A stretch of 64,000 bases of DNA, from positions 5,580,001 to 5,644,000 of the forward strand of contig CP075495.1 of assembly GCA_021613535.1 (NCBI GenBank). Direction: 5' to 3'. Under the pieces are notes generated by a model. That model saw nothing but the letters and a program-made list of their open reading frames with translations. It made no database searches and was not told the origin of the DNA. The position numbers were made by a program, and so were the translations under genes. The stretch is from Adineta vaga (Eukaryota; Animalia; Rotifera). Shown here piece by piece: positions 54,780-64,000 of the stretch (within the stretch, counting starts at the first letter, position 1; each line of letters opens with the position of its first letter).

Positions 54780-55631
54780 GATAAGTTCTTTGTTCCTATC
54801 GATAATCTATCTGTTAGAAAATCTTCTTTCTAGGCCTATTTATACTAGTATATAGAACGAAGCGATATCGCCTGTTTTCTTTTGATATGTCGAAGAATCA
54901 TCGAGAAAAAAAAGCAAATGATGATGATGATACATGATGATTGTTTTCTCCCTAGAATCATCGCGTATCTCTCTCCATCGTCCCATCAATGGCAACACAT
55001 TCATTATGGATGTATGAAGATATAATAAGAAAACGAAGAAAAAAAGAATCGTTATCGATGTATCTAGTTCGAAGGCATTCTCAATGTTCTTTGTATACTT
55101 TTCTCGAATATTAATCAAAATAAAAGAAGCTTGAAGAAAAAGAAAATTATCAATGAATACGTGATTAGAGAATTGATTGAGAGTTTATTTTTGGCGTTGT
55201 TTGTCAAATTGCAAACATACGCACATAAATTATTTACATATACAAACGCACACACACGCGAACTCATATGAAAAAAAAAAGTTCCATATATAACACGATT
55301 GTGAGTATAAAGAAGAGTAAGAAGTAAATATCCCAAACAAGATAAATTCAAATGAATACAGATAAGAAAAACAAAAGCAGACATTTTCTTTTTCTTCTTC
55401 TATGAGAATGCAGTTGATACGAACTCATACGTCGAGAATAAAAAACAAATAAACAAAAAAGGACAGAGAGAGAGAGAAAGAGATGAAGAAGACACTGTTG
55501 ATGCAAATTAGAAACAAAAATAAGTTGCGTCATGGTTTCGTGAAGTGAATAAAGAGATCAAGAATTTGTCTGACAGAAGAAAGAAAAAGACGACGAGTCA
55601 TGAGATATAAAACAAAACAAGTGAATGAAGT

Positions 55632-58600
55632 TTAACAATGTTTGAACAGTGCTGTAGAATTAGGATCGGTAAAAAGTGATGGTGGTGCACCTCCTGTGGC
55701 TGCTGCCATCATAGCAAACTGCAAATCTCGTTCACGTGCTTGTTGTTCAAGGATAAAACGATAGCGATCTGATTCAAGATGATTATTTGTTGGTAGAAGA
55801 GAAAATCCAGGTGGTAGTAAAGGTGATCGAGTAAAATCGAATGACGTCGTGAATGACGGAGGAAATAATGATGATTTTGATGAATCACTGTTCATACCAC
55901 TACGACGAGAAGAAGATGAATGCATCGGTGGTGGTGGTGGTGGCGGTATTGGTGGTGCGCCCATAGGGAAGAGTGAAGGAAAGAATGGTGATGAAGTAGA
56001 TGAAGGTGGCCCGAATGGTGGTAAAAAATCCGGATTTGGATTTAAAAAACGTTTACGATCATCATTTAATGAGAATGATGGTAACGAATGTTGTGATGGT
56101 GGTAATAATAATGATGATGACGATGACGATGATGATGAAGATGGTAAGAAATCCATCTAGGAAAAGAAAGAAGAAAATAAATCGATTGTATTGAATGAAT
56201 TCAAATATTTTACCCTCGCTCGATGTGATGGTGATGGCGGAAGAAAAGTGGATCCCAATGTTGATCGTGATGAAGGTGATGGCGATGTACGTCGAACACG
56301 TTCATCAATCAGTGGTGTTTTTTGTTCACGTTTTATAGTAGGCATTTTAATTGATGACGATGACGATGACGACGATGATGTAACTGTTGGTCGTGGTAAT
56401 TTTGAGCTTGATAAGGATCGAAATAGATGATTCTGTTGTGCATGAATATCAAATGGAAATGAAAATGAAGAAGGTGCGGATGGTGGTAATGGTGGACGTA
56501 TCAATGATAGATCATTATTACTATCGTTCAAAGGTAATGGTGGTGGTAAAAATGTAGATTGATTTGATGGTGATGATGATGACATCAACGATGATGATGG
56601 TCGAATTTTATTTGTTGGATTGAGAAGATTTAATTTATCTTGTTTTCGTTGTTCATTATTAAAAATCATCCAAGCAATATGAACATGTGCGGTTGACCAT
56701 TTTCCATTAGATGGTTTCTTTAATTGTACTAATGACGATTGATTATTATCTTTTTTATTATTAATAACCGAAAGAAAACCTTGCGATTGTGATTGTTGTA
56801 ATGATGATTGTGGTGAATGTTTAATAACAGGTGATGACTTATCAGTGAACATGTCTGTAACTGAAAAACCTGTTTTCGGTTTTTTCGGTTCATTAGAAAG
56901 AGGAGTTTTCGATCTTGGAGATGATTGTCTGTCGTCTTTTGTCGTGATATTTAATTTATGTTCATGAGTATGATTATGATTATGTTGATGCTAGAAAAAG
57001 AAAAATCATAAAAATCCTATAGATTACATAGAGTTCATCTAATTAATATTTCAAACCTGATGAAATTCTGTAACAATGACAGGTGCTATATAAAGTGGAT
57101 GACCTGTTGGTGTTGTTGAATTCGGTATATCGCTATTAGACGTCGATGAATTATGGCGACGATGATGATGGTGATGATGATGATGATTATCATTAGGTGA
57201 TGGTCCTGCATGATTCGATGATGACTTCGTTGAATTTGGTTTATTGGAGGCGGCTAAAAGTTGTCGTTGTAAACTTTCACGATGTGACCATAATGGATGA
57301 TCAGGCATATGTGGAGAAGCACCATGCATTTTAACATTTAATGATGAAACAGGTGAATTACTATTTGTTGATGCAGCAGCGGCTGCTGAAGCTGCTGCTG
57401 CTAGATAACTTGGTAAAACACCTGGATAATATTTTTCTAGCATTTTCTCCATGGATGTTGATGAATCTGAATGATTTTCTTTTAAAGAAAATGGATGTTG
57501 TAATGACCTTGATGGTGGTCGAGGTGGTGGCGGCATCGGAAGATCTCGTGGATATTGTCCACCATAAAATCGACTTGCTAACATCAATGAATGATCATAT
57601 GAACCAGGAAATGGTGATGATTGTGGTGGAGGTGGATGATGATGAGGAAATGGTGTGAATGATGGGAGAGGAAATAGTTTCGGATCGAAATGAGGCGGAA
57701 AATTGAACGATGTTGGAAGTGGAATGGGTTCATTTTTAATCTGTTGTTTAGCTAAATCAGACATTGAAGTGATTGTCGGATGTTTATTACCACTAGAAAA
57801 TAAAAACGGAAATAAACCAATTATTTAGTAACTTTTTATTATTTTTTCTTTACCTATCGCCATTGACACTAAGATCATGTTTAGTTTTATGTCGTTTATG
57901 TGATTTATGATGATGATGATGGTGATGATGTTTCTTTTCGTGCGATTCGATTTTAATTTCATCGGCAGATTTTTGCGATGAAGTAGTCGAATTTTGATGT
58001 TGACCATTATCACAATGATTATCTTCATTTTCAGATGTTGTTCGACTTGAACGATTGGTTTTATCAATGGGTTCACTTTTAATTGTTGACATTGATTGTC
58101 GATCGTTTGACATTTTATTTGGTGATAAATTCTGCCACATCGATGATCGATGACTAAATTAACAAGACAAATTAATTCTTTTCTTATTTAATTAAATTAG
58201 ACATCTATGAATGTTTATTAGTTATGTACTTTCTAAGGAAAAAACTATTTGACCAAATGAATATTGTCTTCGAAAAAACAAGCACGAATGAAGTCAACAT
58301 ACTTTTCTGAAGTTGTATCATCTGCTGGAGCTGATATTGGATGAGAAGAATGTCGATGACCATCTTCTATTTTACATGGTACACTTATGGAACGATGTAA
58401 AGTATGTTCATCTAAATGATCTGTTCCATTACCATTTTTCTTTCCTACTAATGAAAATGATTTTTTTCTTGTATAAGCTTCTTGTAATTGTTGTTGTTGT
58501 TTGAAATGTTCGAAAGCTATTCGCCAATCTTCATCTGTTTCAAACGACAAGAAAGCAAAGCTATCCAAAATATCATATTTTCCGGTTTTAGTTTTGTCAA

Positions 58601-58910
58601 CAATGATTTGCAGTTGTTCTTGAGCTAGACAACTACGTGTTTTCTTAGATTCTTGATCATTTGAATTCAAATTCTTGCTTGATGAGTGTGATGAATGACT
58701 CGATGATGATGAGGAACGACTTGATGAACTTGAATGATCACTTGATGAACGTGTACTATTTGTTTGTCGTCGTCGCTTATGACGACGTGTTGTACCATTT
58801 GTTGTTGTTTGTTTGGTTAGACGAGATGCTTTTGTTGTTGTTGATGATGATGATGAAGGTTTAAGATCATCATTTGAAATTGAATGTTCTTGTTCTAATG
58901 GTTCTTCCAT
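55632..58910 (-). CDS. AUTS2: AUTS2/FBRSL1/Tay-bridge family protein
   Basis: Family blocks DILDSFAFLSFETDED, TEFHQ|HQHNHNHTHEH and KKPSNGKWSTAHVHIAWMIFNNEQRKQ (cf. [23 protein letters not shown]). Five exons; Ser/Pro/His low-complexity otherwise. Confidence 0.8.
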
Positions 58911-59568
58911 TATATTGTCATGCTTAGAAATTGTGATAATTTCTTGAGGAAAAAACACTACCTTTTGATCACTTGAACAAGTTCACATGATCTAAAGTAA
59001 AAAGAAATCGAAACGTTTTTTCAACAGAATAACAATATATGAAGTGTAGGAGTGGTTGATGATTGAGTGTGAGAGAGAGAGGGAAGAGGGAGAGGGCAAG
59101 AAAAGAGACTGATTGAAATTTTGCCATTGATGTTTGTTGTGAAACTCTAGCAAGGTTGATTGGATAATTGATTTTTAAAAAGATTGATATATTTTATGAT
59201 ATTAAAAATAAACATAAAAATAGAATTTAAATAAGGGTTTTTCAACAAAAAAAGAATATTATATTTTTTGTTAAAAAGCGACCTCTATCAACAGAGCTAA
59301 TTTTATTCATAATAATTGAGAGAAACCAGATATATGAATGATTGATTTGATTTGATTGCCTAAGGATAACTATTGTTCTATTTAGTAGAAAATTGGTATA
59401 CTCGACTCTATCTATAAATAATATCAGTCATTCTTTGAAATGTCTTCACCTTTCTCAATATTTTCTTTCTAATTATTCAACCGTAACATTTTTCTTTCCA
59501 ATAGAAGCAACGATTTTTTTTATTAACTCAATACTTTCTTTTATATCGTAAATAGAAAACGAAAAATC

Positions 59569-60400
59569 ATGTTCAATTATTTAATTCTATCAATTATATT
59601 ATTATCCTCATTCTATTCATTCATCAATGGTGCTGATGAATTTGAAGATTATCGATGTCGATGTGTTTGTCCATCGTTTACAGTTTTGCAAGATCCAACT
59701 ATGAATGATACGCATCGACGTGTTTATATTGATGTCGTTCCACCAGATAATTGTACATGTGAACGTGTCGTTTTTCATACCATACCGGCAACATCAGGTT
59801 TTCAACAACGATTCTGTCCAAGGTAAAATTTAACAAAACTAGAAGAATATATTTCATGTACATGATATTTTTTTTTCTTATACAGATGCGTTTGTAATTA
59901 TGAAGTACGTAATACAACAACAATGAAGGTAACGATTTTAGATTGAATAAAAATGTCGTAATATATTTTTTTCGATTTGTTCAATAAAATTAGATTGTCG
60001 TAATTATAATAATGGTAGTAATATCATTATTATTCATTTACATGTCATTCTTATTGTGTTTGGAACCATTAATGAATCAAAATAAAAAATCAGTGAAAAC
60101 AAGAACAGCATCGTCAAATGCAACTCGACAAGCCAAACATCATGACAAACGAATTGATGATGAAGTTCATTTAGATAATCCAACACAAGAATGTATATTT
60201 AGTGAACCAGTACCTACTGGATTACAACGTACTACTGATCGTTCATCAACTGTTTTAAATTTAAGAACATATGAAGAAGCAAAATGGAGAAAAACTGTAA
60301 ATAACTAAGGTTTTTCCTACGGAAAATTAATCATGCTTGATATTTTTAGGCTTCGTCGCAACGACCATCAGTTGGAAGTAAACTTGATTCACTTAATTAG
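59569..60400 (+). CDS. TMEM9: TMEM9-family transmembrane protein
   Basis: Signal peptide, FEDYRCRCVCP, NCTC..VV, FCPRCVCNYEVRNTTTMK, TM ending FLLCLEPL. Exons 59569-59822, 59886-59928, 59994-60296, 60350-60400. Confidence 0.88.
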
Positions 60401-61327
60401 TCATTCCGTTGGTATTATCATAGTAAATAGAAAAGCAAAATATGTACATAAATTGAGGGTTTTTGTCTTCAGCACATGCATGAATCTATTATTAGTCTTA
60501 TCCTTTTTATATATCTCGTTTATTCTTCTATATTTGTTTGTTTGTTTGTTTGTTTGTTTATTGATAACTTTTTATGTAATGGAACGAAAAAGGAGACAAT
60601 CTACAGTACTCGACAGTGATCATAGCAAGATAGATGACAGTTATATCATTATTTTTTTTATTTGAAATAAATAATAAATAGTTAGTTTTGAAGAATGTTG
60701 TTTTTGAACTGGTACACAATTGTCTCTACCAATAGTAAATATCACATGAAGAATCTATCACAGTAATAGACAAATTTATTTGTCCTATTCTAACCGATGA
60801 AATTGCAGCAAACATATTCTATATTATCGATGCTATAGTGTTTTTGAATTCTTTCTGAATTCTAAATGAAAAAGAAGAGCAATATTTTTCACAAAAAACA
60901 TGATTTTCATTCTATATATAATAAAAACTGCAAACACAACAGATTCGTTCGACCGCTCGAAATTAGATATCCAGATGGATAGTCTTGATGATTCCAATCA
61001 AAACATTTCTCGTCAGTATGCATGTTGCAATTATGAAATCTATGTGTAAAGTTATATGATCTATGTTATAACAAGATCACAGCTGAAATCTGACAGAATA
61101 ATATTACTTTCCCTCTTTTCTTTTATTGTCATCACCTAGGAAAAAAAAGGAAGAAAATTACAATCTAATATATAATAAAAATACATGACGGAACGATCAT
61201 CATGATAAAAGGTAATCCAAACAGAAAACGTTATACACATATTAATATACATATAAATACACGAAAGACAAACATTTATTTGATTGTTACTATATACTGA
61301 TTATGACTGATTTGAGTAGAAGTAATT

Positions 61328-63871
61328 CTATGATGGTGCACAATCAAATGAATAAACATGCCTTCCGCGCCGAGGACCACTTTCATCATCATCATCGTCG
61401 TTGATGTCATCATCATCATCATCATCATCATCGTTGTCGTCTTCGTCATCTTCATCGTTTTCATCCGTTCGTTCGCCATCAGCATTCTTAAATCGAAATG
61501 AAGAAAGAAAATTTTCATTATATCAATAAAAAACAATGAAATATCATACACTATGTCTAGCCATTCTTCGAAAAACCGGTCGCATCAAACGTAAAAAACT
61601 ACTAGGGTCTGTATCGAACATACTGGGAAATTGTAGTTCACGTTCTCGATTACGAGTATTACGTTTCATTATCTAAATGAGATAAAACAGAAAAATTGTA
61701 TTCATTTCTTTTCTTTCCAATACACTTTTCGTATTTACCATGCTTAATCGTTTATAATCAACTGATTGTTGATTAAGTGGCGCCCATATTTTTACATCAT
61801 GTTCAAGACCACTGGTAGCAATGATTGGAAAAAATGGATGAGGCTCAAGAACATTTACTGTTCCATCATCATCACCTTTAGCATACCATATACATTTTTC
61901 GGTAGGTTTATCCCAAATAAATACATGACCACAATCACTGCCACTAATGATATATTCAGAGTTTCGACCATAGAAATTAACGCTTTTTACTAAATTTAAA
62001 AAGCAAATATCTTTGATTATTTTTTTAGAGATCAACATGTTGATCAAACCTGTATTATTATTTCGATGACCATGATAACGATGGATGGCATCGGCACCAT
62101 CTGAATGTGTTGCATCAAATAAATAGATATCTTCATCATTATAACTTCCGAGAATTTCTACAATAAAAATCATTCAATATAAGCCGTAATCAAACAAATC
62201 TGTTAGGTCAAGATTTTAAGATGTCCCTAACGAAAAGATAGTTCTATCGCTCACAAACGACATAGAGAACCATCAGAGTATCTTGTTGTTCTCTTTCATT
62301 GTTACATACCAGTGCCATTGTAATTGTAAACGGCACAGGTCACAGATGGTTGACTTCGACGATCTTCATTTTTTTTCTATAGTAACAGAAAACAAAATAA
62401 AATTCGTTTATTGTTATCACTCTGTTTTCTCATTTACCAATAAATCCGGACAAAAACTTTTCAATGGTTTCGTAGTTTGTGATTCAATATATCTACGATC
62501 AAAAATACGGATATACGGATCCATTCCAGCCACAACAAATTCATTTTGATTATGACGATTCAATTCGATTGAATAAAGAGGTAATTTATTTATTTCTTCA
62601 CTACCAACGGTTAATAATCTAATCAGAAAATAAACGAAATAATAATCCGTTTTTTTTTCGCTCCTAAACATACTTATTTGCTTTAGTTTCACGAAGATCA
62701 ATATGAAAAATAATTCCATCTTCACCACAAGAGAATATATCATTACCTGTAATTGTATCGACGGATAGCTAAATGATAAGAAACGAATTTATATTTCAAA
62801 TGAAGTTTTTATTCTAAAATGAAATACTTTGTGAGCTGATGCTAAATGTTGAGCAATTTTTTTCGAACTTGATAATGTTCCGGATGGATGAAGTTCAGCT
62901 AAACGAACTTGACCATCTCGCGCACAACTTACAATTTTATAATCATATGAAAATGGTATGAATTTTGCCTAAATAATTTAGAATAGTATTAGAAAAGAAA
63001 TTTTGAAAAACAACCCTTACTTGAAAAACATTACTTTGATGTTTACTGTCAAATGCAGCAGCAGCTTGTTGTAATGCCCAATCCCAAACAATAATTTGTA
63101 AATCATCTGAAGCACTCGCTAATAAGGTTCCTAAACAATAAAATTCTTGATGAATAAAATTAATTTAACTAGAAATTTTTTTCTACCAATTCGATTAAAT
63201 GCTAATGCATTGACACAACCATTATGTGCATCAAGTGTGTGTGATACTTTCATTCGTTGAATAATATTTCGACTTGCAATAATATTATCGTGAAAAACTC
63301 GACACGTTGTACGTTGTCTTGATCGATGAAAAGTACCAAGTTCACGTTGTCGAAGATGTAAATAACGATTAATAGTTGGTGGTAAATTTTCTTCTTCATT
63401 CTTATTCTCTTCTTGATTATCCTCATTTTTTATTTCATCATCTTCATCGTCTTCTTCAACACCATCATCATCATCATCATCTTCGTCGTCAGTTGTCGTC
63501 GATATTGCAGTAGATGATCCAGATTTTGATTCATCCTTTGTAGTAGTTGTAGTTTTAATCGAATCATTGGTTTTCTCTTCTTCATCAGGAACTTCTTTAA
63601 TATCAGCATTTAATTTACGGCGTTTTACTGGACCAGTTGGATTTTCAGTTACTTTATCATCTGATGAATCATGATTCGTCTCTGCCAATGTTGATGTTTC
63701 TTCACGAACGATTTCATTGCTTAGTTCATTATTTATCTTTTGATCAGTTTCTTCCTCAAGATGAGAACAAATACGAGATCGTTTTCGTTGTATATTATCC
63801 TCTGTATTCAATTCTTCAGTTGTCTGTTGTTCTTCTTCATTCACAGTTTCAATCGAAGATTGATCTTCCAT
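61328..63871 (-). CDS. DCAF8: DDB1- and CUL4-associated factor 8 (WD40)
   Basis: Acidic N-terminus. HNGCVNALAFN, ASASDDL, HQSNVFQAKF, CARDGQVR, SYNDEDIYLF, YHGHRNNNTVKSVNFYG, SGSDCGHVFIWDK, VNVLEPHP...ATSGLEHDVKIW. Acidic tail ending CAPS*. Confidence 0.92.
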
Positions 63872-64000
63872 TATTCACTTGCAAAAAACTTAATTTGAAT
63901 GATGTATCGACTAAAATATCGAGATCAATAAATATACTTGCATTGCATCTAGGACTAACTAATTTTGCGCAGTCAATAATGTTCGGTAGTGGAGAACTAG

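Noticed and set aside
55849-56430. Gly/Asp-rich + strand ORFs
   Set aside because: Antisense shadows of Pro/Ser-rich AUTS2-like exons.
61060-61160. Strong acceptor downstream of DCAF8 as an alternative last exon
   Set aside because: The resulting peptide is unremarkable and the conserved CAPS* ending is already present; cannot be supported without RNA data.
61276-61551. Poly-Met ORF
   Set aside because: Alternative frame of the GAT-repeat acidic tail of DCAF8.

Overview
AT-rich (~30% GC by eye), gene-dense eukaryotic DNA with many short (mostly ~50-65 nt) GT-AG introns. Gene content and architecture suggest an invertebrate, most likely a bdelloid rotifer (inference, not verified). I could assemble about 21 protein-coding genes by hand-splicing. 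Recognisable ones: the 3' end of a Diaphanous-type formin, GPCPD1/GDE5, a Ly6/quiver-like GPI protein, LACTB, an ATOH8/Net bHLH, a colmedin/gliomedin, a 5-Ig+FN3 receptor, a chitin synthase, an MTMR6/7/8 myotubularin with a FYVE-like finger, an AUTS2/Tay homologue, TMEM9 and DCAF8. The rest are orphans. No rRNA, tRNA, CRISPR array or intact transposon was recognised. Leads most worth testing: (1) an operon-like junction, where an orphan gene's stop/AATAAA lies ~57-80 nt before the LACTB ATG with an unpaired splice acceptor; (2) two intracellular Pro/Val/Ile-repeat proteins, one articulin/alveolin-like, as candidate cortical-skeleton components; (3) a chitin synthase with a furin-type site in an inserted loop and altered catalytic-domain motifs; (4) an intronless 6-TM YrhK-like horizontal-transfer candidate; (5) unannotated splicing switches (microexons, stop-containing cassette exons, alternative first exons). 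All homology calls come from remembered motifs; no searches were run, and exon boundaries are hand-derived.
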